Below are positions 27,361 to 36,847 of a stretch of 64,000 bases of DNA, in pieces; position 1 is the first letter of the stretch, and each line of letters starts with the position of its first letter. The notes below the pieces were generated by a model. That model ran no database searches and was not told where the DNA came from. It saw only the letters and a program-made list of their open reading frames with translations. Position numbers and translations under genes: made by a program. Source of the stretch: Firmicutes bacterium CAG:460 (GTDB lineage Bacteria; Bacillota_I; Bacilli_A; RF39; UBA660); assembly GCA_000437355.1 (NCBI GenBank), contig FR899774.1, positions 114,595-178,594 on the forward strand, written 5' to 3'.

Positions 27361-29862
27361 ATGGATCATAGTAGAGATAGACTAGAAGAAAATAATATAG
27401 TAAGTGAAATTGAATCTTCTTTTATTGAATATTCAATGAGTGTTATTATTTCCAGAGCTTTACCAGATTTAAGAGATGGTTTAAAGCCAGTTCATAGAAG
27501 AATTATTTATGATATGTTAGAAAATGGTTTAACACCAGATAAAAAACATCGTAAGAGTGCGACGATAGTTGGGGATGTTATGGGGAAATATCACCCTCAT
27601 GGAGACTCATCAATTTATGAAGCTATGGTAAGAATGGCTCAAGATTTTAACTATCGTTATTTACTTGTTGATGGACATGGTAACTTTGGTAATATTGAAT
27701 ATCCTAGAGCAGCTGCTTATCGTTATACTGAAAGTAAACTTGCAAAGATATCAATGGAGCTTTTAAGGGATATCAACAAAAATACGGTTAATTTTGTACC
27801 AAATTATGATGATTCAACTGAAGAACCTGAAGTTTTACCTTCAAGATTTCCAAATATTTTAGTTAATGGAACAATGGGTATTGCTGTTGGTATGGCAACA
27901 AATATTCCACCACATAATTTAGGTGAGGTTATTGATGGATGTATTGCTTATATTGATAATCCTGAAATTACTACGGAAGAATTAATGCAATATGTTAAAG
28001 GCCCTGATTTTCCAACTGGTGGTATTATTCTAGGTAATTCTGGAATTAAAAAAGCGTATGAAACTGGTAGAGGTTCAATAACTATTAGAAGTAAAGCTAC
28101 AATTGAAGAAAAAAATGGAAGACATTATATTGTTATTGAAGAAGTTCCATACGGAGTAAATACACTAGATTTAAAACAAAAAGTTGCGGATTTAGTACAT
28201 AATAAAGTACTTGAAGGTATTACTGATTATCATACTGATTTAAAAGATGGTATTAAGATTACTATTACATTAAAGAAGGATGCAAATCCTCAAGTAGTTT
28301 TAAATAATTTGTATAAACATACTGCTTTTCAAACAACTTTTGGTATTATCTTCTTAATGCTTGATAAAGGTGTTCCAAGAACACTAGGTTTGAAAGATAT
28401 AATTAGTAAATATGTAGATTATCAACAAGAAATTATTATTAGAAGAACTCAATTTGAATTAGATAAAGCAGAAAAAAGAGTACATATCTTAGAAGGTTAC
28501 CAAATTGTATTTGATAATATCGATGAAGTTATTAAGATTATTAAAGAGTCTAAGGCTGATGGTGAAGCAAAGCTTAAATTAATGGAACGTTTTGGATTAA
28601 CTGAAGCTCAAACTGATAATATTTTAGAAATGAAATTACGTCGTTTAACAGGTCTAGAACGTGAAAAGATTGAAGAAGAACTAAATACTTTAAAACTAGA
28701 AATAGAACGCTTACGTGGCATTTTAGCAGATAATAATAAGGTGTTAGGTATCATTAAAGATGAAATGACTGAAATAAAAAATAAATATGGTGATGAAAGA
28801 AGAACTAAAATTGATATGACTGCGGTTGATTACATTGAAGATGAGTCTTTAATACCAGAAGAAAATATCTTAGTTGTGCTTACTAACAAAGGTTATATTA
28901 AGAGAACTACATCTGATACATTTAAGTCACAAAATAGAGGTGGCGTTGGAATTAAGGGAATGTCTACGAATGATGAAGACTTTGTTGAACACATGATTAA
29001 CTTATCAACACACGATTACATCTTGTTCTTTACTGATAAAGGTAAAGTTTATAGATTAAAAGGTTATGAAATTCCAGAGTTTTCACGTCAATCTAAAGGA
29101 ATTCCAATTGTTAACTTACTTCAAGTTGAAAAAGATGAAAGAGTTAATGCTGTTATCCAAATAAGTCGTGAAGAAGAATGTAAATATTTATTATTCGCTA
29201 CTGAAGGTGGAGTTGTAAAGAAAACATTAATTAGTGAATTTGCTAATATTAGAAATAGTGGTAAGATTTGTATTTCTCTAAGAGAAAATGATAAATTAAT
29301 TGATGTTAAGAAAACAACTGGTAATGATTTAGTACTTTTAGGTAGTGATAGCGGTAGAATGGTTAAGTTTAATGAAGATGAAATCAGAGTTATGGGACGT
29401 ACTGCTTCAGGTGTTCGTGGTATTTCTCTAGATGGAAGCAAATGTATTTGTTCTGAAATCGTTAAAGAAGATGATACTATCTTACTTGTAACAGAAAAAG
29501 GTTACGGTAAACAAACAAAAGTTAGTGAATATCGCCAAACAAGAAGAGGTTCTAAAGGTGTTAAAGCAATGAATATCACTGAAAAGAACGGAAATCTTGT
29601 TAGTGTTAAAATTGTTTATGAAGGTAAAGAACTTGTTATTATGACAAATTCAGGTATGACAATGAGAATGCCTTTAGAACAAATATCTTTATTAGGTCGT
29701 GTTACACAAGGTTTAAGACTTATCAACTTAAAAGATAATCAAAAGGTATCAACTATAAGCTTAGTAGATAAAGAAGAAGAACCAGATATTGTTTCAGAAC
29801 CTACTGTAAATGAAACACCTAGTGAAAATACTGAAAATATTGAAGTAAATGAGGCTGAATAA
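27361..29862 (+). CDS. gyrA: DNA gyrase subunit A
   Basis: DGLKPVHRR, catalytic-Tyr region AAYRYTE, QRDR-like [11 protein letters not shown]-terminal beta-pinwheel repeats. Confidence 0.98.
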   Translation: MDHSRDRLEENNIVSEIESSFIEYSMSVIISRALPDLRDGLKPVHRRIIYDMLENGLTPDKKHRKSATIVGDVMGKYHPHGDSSIYEAMVRMAQDFNYRYLLVDGHGNFGNIEYPRAAAYRYTESKLAKISMELLRDINKNTVNFVPNYDDSTEEPEVLPSRFPNILVNGTMGIAVGMATNIPPHNLGEVIDGCIAYIDNPEITTEELMQYVKGPDFPTGGIILGNSGIKKAYETGRGSITIRSKATIEEKNGRHYIVIEEVPYGVNTLDLKQKVADLVHNKVLEGITDYHTDLKDGIKITITLKKDANPQVVLNNLYKHTAFQTTFGIIFLMLDKGVPRTLGLKDIISKYVDYQQEIIIRRTQFELDKAEKRVHILEGYQIVFDNIDEVIKIIKESKADGEAKLKLMERFGLTEAQTDNILEMKLRRLTGLEREKIEEELNTLKLEIERLRGILADNNKVLGIIKDEMTEIKNKYGDERRTKIDMTAVDYIEDESLIPEENILVVLTNKGYIKRTTSDTFKSQNRGGVGIKGMSTNDEDFVEHMINLSTHDYILFFTDKGKVYRLKGYEIPEFSRQSKGIPIVNLLQVEKDERVNAVIQISREEECKYLLFATEGGVVKKTLISEFANIRNSGKICISLRENDKLIDVKKTTGNDLVLLGSDSGRMVKFNEDEIRVMGRTASGVRGISLDGSKCICSEIVKEDDTILLVTEKGYGKQTKVSEYRQTRRGSKGVKAMNITEKNGNLVSVKIVYEGKELVIMTNSGMTMRMPLEQISLLGRVTQGLRLINLKDNQKVSTISLVDKEEEPDIVSEPTVNETPSENTENIEVNEAE

Positions 29863-30036
29863 GCCTTTTTTATTTTATTGTAACAGTGTATATAAAGTAT
29901 ATACAATGTTATTTTTGCTATAAGATTATGATATTATAACTAAAGCAAAAAAGAAGAATATAAGTTATCAACAAAATATTTATTTTAAGTACTCTTTAAT
30001 TGGTAAAACAATTTATTATTTTTTTGTAAAGTGTTA

Positions 30037-30783
30037 TGTTTCACGTGAAACAATGTGTGAATAATATGTTAGTTTAGGATTTATTTTTTTTAATATATTT
30101 TTAAAATTATAATACAATAACAATAATTAAAAATAATTAATATTGTTTTCGATGTTTAAATTCTTTTTCTAATTATTATTATAATTATAGTGATGTTTCA
30201 CGTGAAACATTGTGTTGATAAGTTGTTGATTTAAGATATATTTATAATATTAAATATTTTATATTTTAAATTATCTTTTTATTATTATTAATTACTATAT
30301 TTTAATATATATTTATTTTATATATTTTAAAATACATGTTTCACGTGAAACATTGTTGATAAGTTGTTTATATTAATATTATTTCTATTAATTCTAATCT
30401 TTTTTAATAATATAAATACCATGTGATTATTAAAATAATTTAATGTTTCACGTGAAACATTGTGTTGATAATATGTTTATATTCTGTTTTAGTTTAATTA
30501 TTATATTAAATTTAATCTTTTTCCAATTTAAATTATATGTTTCACGTGAAACATATTGTTGATAACGTGTTAATTTAAGGTTTATCTATATTAATATGTA
30601 TTTTTAATATTATAATACAAGATTTTCGTAAATATATATTTAATATTATTAATCGTTAATTATTATTTTTAAATTCTATATAATTTCCTATTAAAAATTT
30701 AGGTAATGTTTCACGTGAAACATTGTTAATAGGTTGTGAATAGTTTTATTGAAAATTAATACCCATATGTTACACGTGAAACA
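30037..30783. promoter_or_regulatory. Array of seven parS (ParB-binding centromere) sites
   Basis: TGTTTCACGTGAAACA at 30037-30052, 30194-30209, 30337-30352, 30444-30459, 30538-30553 and 30707-30722. TGTTACACGTGAAACA at 30768-30783. All fit the Firmicute parS consensus TGTTNCACGTGAAACA. Confidence 0.85.
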
Positions 30784-30865
30784 TATGGACGAACAAATGT
30801 ACAATAAACTAATACTTTAACATAAGAATTTAATTATTCATTTTTATCAAATCGTATTTATAAAT

Positions 30866-30881
30866 TATTTCCCGGGAAATA
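30866..30881. promoter_or_regulatory. Noc-binding site (NBS), perfect 16-mer
   Basis: TATTTCCCGGGAAATA, containing the published B. subtilis NBS core ATTTCCCGGGAAAT. It lies inside a 22-bp perfect palindrome (30863-30884). Confidence 0.75.
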
Positions 30882-31022
30882 ATTAGTTAACATAATATTT
30901 TAGTATATTTGTGTTTTTTTGAAAAAATAAATGTTAATTAAAGCTAGATACAATAAGGTAAAAACAAGAATAGCAAGATTAAAAAAATTATTATTTTAAC
31001 AATTATTTAATTTTTGAATAAA

Positions 31023-31038
31023 TATTTCCCGGGAAATA
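31023..31038. promoter_or_regulatory. Noc-binding site (NBS), perfect 16-mer
   Basis: TATTTCCCGGGAAATA. It is part of a 38-nt direct repeat (31024-31061) that matches 30867-30904 at 37 of 38 positions and also carries a GTTAAC palindrome. Confidence 0.75.
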
Positions 31039-31207
31039 ATTGGTTAACATAATATTTTAGTCGATTAAACTTATATTAATATTTAATTTTTGGCATATTT
31101 TAGCCAAAATATTAATCATAATTAAAAATAGTACATGAGTTATCAACATAAAAATTAGTTAAATATTTAATACTATAATAACTATATAATAAATGTTGGT
31201 ATTTTAC

Positions 31208-31236
31208 TTGACTTTTAAATAGTAATTTGATACGAT
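31208..31236 (+). promoter_or_regulatory. Sigma-A type promoter of the SRP RNA gene
   Basis: TTGACT (31208-31213), 17-nt spacer, TACGAT (31231-31236). Confidence 0.6.
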
Positions 31237-31240
31237 GTAA

Positions 31241-31320
31241 ACGTGCAACAAATATGCTGTAACCTGGTCAGGATTGGAAAATAGCAGCCACATCAGCCTA
31301 TGTTTGTGTGCACATTTTTT
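31241..31320 (+). ncRNA. ffs: Small (4.5S-type) signal recognition particle RNA
   Basis: CCUGGUCAGGAUUGGAAAAUAGCAGCC matches the conserved domain IV (GGUCAGG..GGAA..AGCAGCC). The 5' GTGCAACAAATATGCTG pairs with the 3' CAGCCTATGTTTGTGTGCAC. A T-run follows. The position upstream of tadA/dnaX is typical. Confidence 0.8.
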
Positions 31321-31331
31321 TTGGAGGTAAA

Positions 31332-31754
31332 ATGAATAAAGAGTTAATAGATAAAATTATTGATAATTCTAAGTGTTCTTTGAGTTCTTTAGATGTACCA
31401 GTCGGAGCAATAATAATTAAAGATGGTATTATTATAGGCAGTGGTTATAATACTAAAGAGAAAAATCAAAATGTGCTTGAACATGCTGAGATTAATGCTA
31501 TTAGAGAAGCTCAAAAAAATTTTAACAATTGGAATTTAAATGGAAGTGATATGTATGTAACTTTAAATCCTTGTTCAATGTGTATGGAAGTAATCAAACA
31601 AGCTAGAATTAGTAATGTTTATTATTTAGCTTCAAAACCTAGTTCTAAAAAAGAATTTAATAAAACTAATTTTGTTAAAATTGATAATGAAAGTAAAGAA
31701 GAAGAATATTTAGAAATATTATGTGATTTTTTTAAAAAATTAAGAGAAAAATAA
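31332..31754 (+). CDS. tadA: tRNA-specific adenosine deaminase
   Basis: Zinc motifs HAEINAI and PCSMC. ATG at 31332 with GGAGG SD; the track ORF start lies inside ffs. Confidence 0.9.
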   Translation: MNKELIDKIIDNSKCSLSSLDVPVGAIIIKDGIIIGSGYNTKEKNQNVLEHAEINAIREAQKNFNNWNLNGSDMYVTLNPCSMCMEVIKQARISNVYYLASKPSSKKEFNKTNFVKIDNESKEEEYLEILCDFFKKLREK

Positions 31755-31791
31755 CTATTTTTATGTTATACTATTTATTAGGGAGGTTTCT

Positions 31792-33366
31792 ATGAATTAT
31801 AAAGTTTTGTATCGAAAATATAGACCAGATGGATTTGATACTTTAATTGGTCAAAAACATGTTGTAGAAATTTTAAAAAATTCTATTAAAGAACAAAAAT
31901 TAGCTCATGCATATTTATTTTCAGGTCCAAGAGGAACTGGAAAAACATCAACTGCAAGAATTTTAGCTAAATCAGTAAACTGTTTGGATAATAAGAATGG
32001 TATTGCATGTGAAAAATGTGAAAATTGTTTATCTTTTAATGGAAATCCAGATATTATTGAAATAGATGCTGCATCTAATAATGGTGTTGATGAAATAAGA
32101 GAACTTATAAATAATGTTAAAATAATGCCAACAAGTTTGAAATATAAAGTTTATATTATTGATGAAGTTCATATGTTAAGTCAAAGTGCTTTTAATGCGT
32201 TATTACTTACTTTAGAAGAACCACCAGAACATGTAATATTTATTCTAGCAACAACAAATTTAGAAAGTGTTCCAATTACAATTGTTTCCAGATGTCAAAG
32301 ATTTGAGTTTCATAGAATTACAGATAAAGACATTGTTGAAAGACTTAAGTTTGTTTGTGATGAAGAAAATATTAAATATGAAGATGATGGTTTAAAAGAA
32401 ATAGCTATTTTGGCGGATGGTGGACTTAGAGATGCTTTAAGTATTTTAGACCAGTTATCAAAAAATGAAGAAGTAATTACAAGCACTTTAGTAGCAAATG
32501 AAATAGGTAGTATATCTAATAAAAAGATAGAAGATTTAGTTCAATCTCTTGGTGAAAATGACATTTTAAATATTGAAAAAATATTTGATGAGTTACAAAG
32601 TTCTAATTTAAATTATAAAGTTTTTGTTAAAAAAGTAATTGAAGTTCTAAGCAATTTAGGAGTTAAATTATTAACATCTCCAGAAGCTTCTAGATTATCT
32701 TTTGATGATTGTAAAAATTTAGTATTAGAATTAAATAATATTTTAATGAAGATTAATATTAGTGTAAATCCATATATATTAATTAAAATGCTTATGCTAG
32801 GATATGTTGAAAAAACAAATAATTTTAATAAAGTTAGTATTGAAAAAGTACCAGAAATAAGAGAAGAAAATGAAGAAATAAAGATAGAAAAAATTATAAA
32901 AAAAGAACCAGTTAATACTGAAAAAAATTTAAAAGTTGATATTAGAATTAATAATTGTTTTGTAGATGCTTCTAAAAAAGAATTGGAAAGAATGAAAGAT
33001 TTATGGAGTTCTTTTATTAATAATATGGAAGATGCTATTATGAAAGGAACTCTTAGTGATACTATTCCTGTTGCTTCATCAAATGATTATACTATTATTG
33101 AAGTTACTATTCCTCATAAAGATATGGAACTAAATAATATGTTAGAGAAAATAGAATATTTATTTAATAGTCAAAATCAAGAAAATTTTAAATTTGTTTT
33201 TATTGGTGAAGCTAGGTGGAGTAAGGAAAAAGTTGAATATATTAATAATATAAAAAATGGAAAAAAATATGAGATATTAGAAGAAAATCACGAAAAGATG
33301 CAAAAAAGTATTGATGTATCAGAAGTAGCTGATATATTTGATATAAATAAAATTGAAGTTGAGTAA
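31792..33366 (+). CDS. dnaX: DNA polymerase III subunit tau/gamma
   Basis: Walker A GPRGTGKTS, zinc module CEKCENC, Walker B IIDEVHML, SRC motif. Confidence 0.95.
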   Translation: MNYKVLYRKYRPDGFDTLIGQKHVVEILKNSIKEQKLAHAYLFSGPRGTGKTSTARILAKSVNCLDNKNGIACEKCENCLSFNGNPDIIEIDAASNNGVDEIRELINNVKIMPTSLKYKVYIIDEVHMLSQSAFNALLLTLEEPPEHVIFILATTNLESVPITIVSRCQRFEFHRITDKDIVERLKFVCDEENIKYEDDGLKEIAILADGGLRDALSILDQLSKNEEVITSTLVANEIGSISNKKIEDLVQSLGENDILNIEKIFDELQSSNLNYKVFVKKVIEVLSNLGVKLLTSPEASRLSFDDCKNLVLELNNILMKINISVNPYILIKMLMLGYVEKTNNFNKVSIEKVPEIREENEEIKIEKIIKKEPVNTEKNLKVDIRINNCFVDASKKELERMKDLWSSFINNMEDAIMKGTLSDTIPVASSNDYTIIEVTIPHKDMELNNMLEKIEYLFNSQNQENFKFVFIGEARWSKEKVEYINNIKNGKKYEILEENHEKMQKSIDVSEVADIFDINKIEVE

Positions 33367-33383
33367 AGAAAGAGGGAAAAATT

Positions 33384-33677
33384 ATGAATATGCAACAAAT
33401 AATGCAACAAGCGCAAAGAATGCAAAGGGATATTACAAAGAAAAAAGAAGAAATTGATGGAATGGAGTTTCTTGGAAAATCTGAGTGGGTTGAAATAGTT
33501 TTTAATGGTAAACGAGAAATTAAATCATTTAAAATATTAAAAGATGTAATTGATGAAGATGATAAAGAAATGTTAGAAGATATGATTATGTTAGCAATAA
33601 AAGATGCGTTTAGTAAAATTGATAAAGAAACTGAAAGTAAATTAGGAAGTTATGCATCAATGAATGGGCTTTTCTAG
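33384..33677 (+). CDS. ybaB: Nucleoid-associated protein YbaB/EbfC
   Basis: About 97 aa, N-terminal MNMQQIMQQAQRMQ, dnaX-ybaB-recR synteny. Confidence 0.9.
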   Translation: MNMQQIMQQAQRMQRDITKKKEEIDGMEFLGKSEWVEIVFNGKREIKSFKILKDVIDEDDKEMLEDMIMLAIKDAFSKIDKETESKLGSYASMNGLF

Positions 33678-33678
33678 T

Positions 33679-34278
33679 ATGATATATCCAGATTCATTAG
33701 AAAAATTGATAAATTATTATAAGAAATTACCTGGAATTGGTGAGAAAAACGCCGAAAGATTAGCATTAGCAACATTAAATTTTAAAAAAGAAGAAATTGA
33801 TAAGTTTAAAGATGCATTAGGAAATATAAAAAAAATACATAGATGTAGTATTTGTGGGCATTTAACAGATAATGAAATATGTAATATATGTAGTGATGCT
33901 TCAAGAGATAAAAACTTAATATGTGTTATTGAAGATTCAAAAAGTGTATTTTCTTTTGAAAAAGTTGGTAATTATCGTGGAGTTTATCATGTGTTAAATG
34001 GTTTAATTAGTCCAGCTGATAATATTGGTCCTGATAATATTAATTTATCAAGTTTAGTTAAAAGAGTAAATGAAGCTTCAAAACCTGAATTGATACTAGC
34101 CTTAAAATCAACAATTGAAGGTGAAACAACAACATTATATATTAAAAAAATATTTGAAAAAAAGAATGTTTTAATATCAAGGCTTTCTTATGGTATACCT
34201 ATGGGAGCTGAAATAGATTATCTAGATATAATTACATTAGATAAGGCATTAGAAGATAGAAAAAAAATAAGTGATTAA
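33679..34278 (+). CDS. recR: Recombination protein RecR
   Basis: HhH (LPGIGEKNAERLA), C4 zinc finger CSICGHLTDNEICNIC, Toprim region. ATG at 33679 directly after the ybaB stop. Confidence 0.95.
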   Translation: MIYPDSLEKLINYYKKLPGIGEKNAERLALATLNFKKEEIDKFKDALGNIKKIHRCSICGHLTDNEICNICSDASRDKNLICVIEDSKSVFSFEKVGNYRGVYHVLNGLISPADNIGPDNINLSSLVKRVNEASKPELILALKSTIEGETTTLYIKKIFEKKNVLISRLSYGIPMGAEIDYLDIITLDKALEDRKKISD

Positions 34279-34315
34279 AATAAATATTTTTCATATAGTT
34301 TTAATGGAGAAACGT

Positions 34316-34504
34316 ATGAAAAAGGTTATATTTGTAGTAATAAAAAAAATAGTGTTAGCAATATGTTTAGTTTATGCTTTTAATTTACTAGCTAGTGGAT
34401 TAAAAGTATTTATTCCAATAAATGTTATAACTGTGAGTGTTGTGGCATCTTTAGGAATGAGTGGACTTTTAGCATTGGTAGCAATATATTTTGTTTTATT
34501 GTAG
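34316..34504 (+). CDS. bofA: BofA-like pro-sigma-K processing inhibitor
   Basis: Two-TM protein of 62 aa. IPINVITVSVVASLGMSGLLALVAIYFV resembles B. subtilis BofA VPINLVTTAISGILGIPGIAALVVI. It sits after recR, as in Bacillus. Confidence 0.6.
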   Translation: MKKVIFVVIKKIVLAICLVYAFNLLASGLKVFIPINVITVSVVASLGMSGLLALVAIYFVLL

Positions 34505-34512
34505 GAGGATTT

Positions 34513-35382
34513 GTGGAAGTAAATGTATTAGAAAATTTAGTTAAATATTATCATGAGAATAAAATATCTCATGCTTATTTAATTGAAACAAATAATTTAG
34601 AAAAATGCTATTTGGATTTACTTGAAGTAATAAAACAAATATTTTGTCAAAATGAATATAATAAAGAATGTAATAAATGCAATATTTGTAATTTAGTTAA
34701 TCAAAATTATTTACCATCTTTAGTTGTAATAAGTCCGGATGGAATGAATATAAAAAAAGAACAAATTGTGGAATTAAAAAAGAAGTTTAGTACTGTTCCA
34801 ATTTATACAAAAGAAAATATTTATGTAATTAAAAATGCTGAAAAGTTAAATGGTGCTTCGGCGAATACAATGTTAAAATTTTTAGAGGAGCCAGAACAAA
34901 ATATATTAGGTTTTTTTATAACAAATAATGCAAATAATGTTATATCTACGATTAGAAGTAGATGTGAAGTAATAAAAGTACTCTATGATATTCATGAACT
35001 TGATATAAATAATATAACAAATGATATAAATAAAGATAAGTTTGATGTAGCAATAGAATATTTATTTAAAATAGAGGTAGAAAAAAAACTAGGAATAATG
35101 TATAATAGAGATGTAGTTTTAAATAAATTTAGTGAAAGAGAAGATATCAAGACTGTTTTTAAAATTATATTTATTATTTATGAAGAATTGTTAAAGAAAG
35201 TAATGGGATTAGATAATAAATTTGATTTTGAAAAGATAAATGAATTAAGTAGTTTAGATAAAGATAAAGTGTTAAGAAGAATTAATTTAGTAACTAAGTT
35301 TATTGATGATATTGATAGTAATGTAAATGTTGAATTATTGCTAGATAAATTTGTTATAGAATTAGGTGATTATATTGAATAA
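34513..35382 (+). CDS. holB: DNA polymerase III delta' subunit
   Basis: HAYL motif, zinc-module-like CNKCNIC, SRC motif (IRSRCEV), size and synteny. GTG start. Confidence 0.8.
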   Translation: MEVNVLENLVKYYHENKISHAYLIETNNLEKCYLDLLEVIKQIFCQNEYNKECNKCNICNLVNQNYLPSLVVISPDGMNIKKEQIVELKKKFSTVPIYTKENIYVIKNAEKLNGASANTMLKFLEEPEQNILGFFITNNANNVISTIRSRCEVIKVLYDIHELDINNITNDINKDKFDVAIEYLFKIEVEKKLGIMYNRDVVLNKFSEREDIKTVFKIIFIIYEELLKKVMGLDNKFDFEKINELSSLDKDKVLRRINLVTKFIDDIDSNVNVELLLDKFVIELGDYIE

Positions 35383-36148
35383 AGTTTATGGTGTTATATT
35401 TAATGATATTGATAAGAAGTATTATTATTTAGGTGATGAAGAATTTGCTGAGGGTTCCTTAGTTATTGTTAATACTGAAAGAGGAATGCAACTAGTTAAA
35501 GTTGTTCAAGTTATAGATAAAATAAGTGAAGAAATAACTGATAAAATTGAAAGACTTGCAACAGAAGAAGAGTATGAACAATATTTAGAAAATTTAAAAG
35601 ATGCAAGTATTGCATTAAAAAAATGTATTGAGTTTGTACGAGAATTGGAATTAGAAATGAATGTTGTAAGTGCTCAATTTAATTTAGATAGAAGTCAATT
35701 ATTATTTAATTTTACTGCAGATGGTAGAGTTGATTTTAGAGAGCTTGCTAAGAAACTTGCAAGTATATATCATACAAGAATTGAATTAAGACAAATAGGT
35801 GCTCGTGATAAAGCTAAAGAAATTGGTGGAATTGGTGTTTGTGGCGGAGAACTTTGTTGTCTTAGATTTTTGAAAAAAATGGATACAATTAGTATGAATA
35901 TGGCTAAAAATCAAAATTTAGCATTAAATCCTTCAAAGATAAATGGGGCTTGTGGAAGGCTTCTTTGTTGTTTAGCATATGAAGATGAAACTTATATTGA
36001 AGCAGCTAAAAAGCTACCTAAAGTTGGAGATAAAATTAAAACTAGAAGTGGTGATGCTCAAGTTTTAAGTGTTGATATAATAAATCATCGAGGAAAAATT
36101 TTATTAGATGGAGAAAGAATAAATTATGATTTCGAAAGTGAAGAATGA
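35375..36148 (+). CDS. ricT: PSP1-domain protein RicT (YaaT)
   Basis: TTG at 35375 with AGGTGA SD gives MNKVYGVIFND.., as in YaaT. Cys cluster GVCGGELCCLRF..ACGRLLCCLAYE. Confidence 0.85.
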   Translation: MNKVYGVIFNDIDKKYYYLGDEEFAEGSLVIVNTERGMQLVKVVQVIDKISEEITDKIERLATEEEYEQYLENLKDASIALKKCIEFVRELELEMNVVSAQFNLDRSQLLFNFTADGRVDFRELAKKLASIYHTRIELRQIGARDKAKEIGGIGVCGGELCCLRFLKKMDTISMNMAKNQNLALNPSKINGACGRLLCCLAYEDETYIEAAKKLPKVGDKIKTRSGDAQVLSVDIINHRGKILLDGERINYDFESEE

Positions 36149-36842
36149 TTTATTTGATTATCCAAATAGATACATTATGCAAATAAAAGATGGATTTAAG
36201 TTTTCTTTAGATTCTTTATTGTTAGCAGAGTTTGTAAATATTAGAAAAAGTGATAAGATTATTTTGGATATGTGTACTGGAAATGCTCCGATTCCTTTAA
36301 TTTTAAGTTTAAAAACAGATGCTTTAATTGTAGGATTTGAAATTCAAAAAGATATTAGTGATTTGGCTCAAGAGTCTGTAATACTCAATGGATTAAAAGA
36401 TAATATTAGAATAATAAATGATGATATAAAAAATATAAATAAACATTATAAAACGGGAACATTTGATATAATAACATGTAATCCCCCATATTTTAAAACT
36501 AGTGAGGATGGTTACAAAAATAAAAATGATTATTTAACACTTGCAAGACATGAAATAACAATTGATTTAGATAGTTTGTTTAGTATAGCAAAGAGTTATT
36601 TAAAAGATAATGGTGTTTTTTGTTTAGTTCATCGTGCTGAAAGATTAGATGATATTATGTATTTGGGAAGAATAAATAATTTAAATGTAAAAGATTTACA
36701 ATTTATATCTACTAAAAATGGAAGTATTCCAAATACAATATTAGTTAAATGTGTTAAAAATAGTAAACCAGGTGTTAAATTAAGAAAAGAAATTTGTGTT
36801 GATAACCTTAGTACTTATCAACATATATTTGAAAGTAGGTGA
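36126..36842 (+). CDS. SAM-dependent tRNA (adenine-N6)-methyltransferase, YabB/TrmN6-like
   Basis: DMCTGNAPIPL SAM motif and NPPYF catalytic motif. Synteny after ricT. Confidence 0.75.
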   Translation: MISKVKNDLFDYPNRYIMQIKDGFKFSLDSLLLAEFVNIRKSDKIILDMCTGNAPIPLILSLKTDALIVGFEIQKDISDLAQESVILNGLKDNIRIINDDIKNINKHYKTGTFDIITCNPPYFKTSEDGYKNKNDYLTLARHEITIDLDSLFSIAKSYLKDNGVFCLVHRAERLDDIMYLGRINNLNVKDLQFISTKNGSIPNTILVKCVKNSKPGVKLRKEICVDNLSTYQHIFESR

Positions 36843-36847
36843 AATAA

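Noticed and set aside
30037-30783. Regularly recurring 16-22 bp palindromic repeats separated by unique AT-rich spacers could be mistaken for a CRISPR array.
   Set aside because: The spacings are irregular (61-169 bp). The repeat is the exact parS consensus, only 16 bp of it is conserved, and no cas genes or leader are present. Protein-binding centromere sites explain it better.
31087-31108. The inverted repeat TTTTGGC-N8-GCCAAAA upstream of ffs partly resembles the AAGCCAAAATGGCTT operator at 14214.
   Set aside because: Only 7-8 nt are shared in AT-rich sequence. That is too short to claim a common regulator without a statistical search.
29863-31240. Expected an rRNA operon or tRNA genes after gyrA, as in B. 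subtilis rrnO.
   Set aside because: There are no 16S, 23S or 5S-like conserved stretches and no tRNA cloverleaf or TPsiC-type sequences. The region is almost pure A/T apart from the parS and NBS palindromes.
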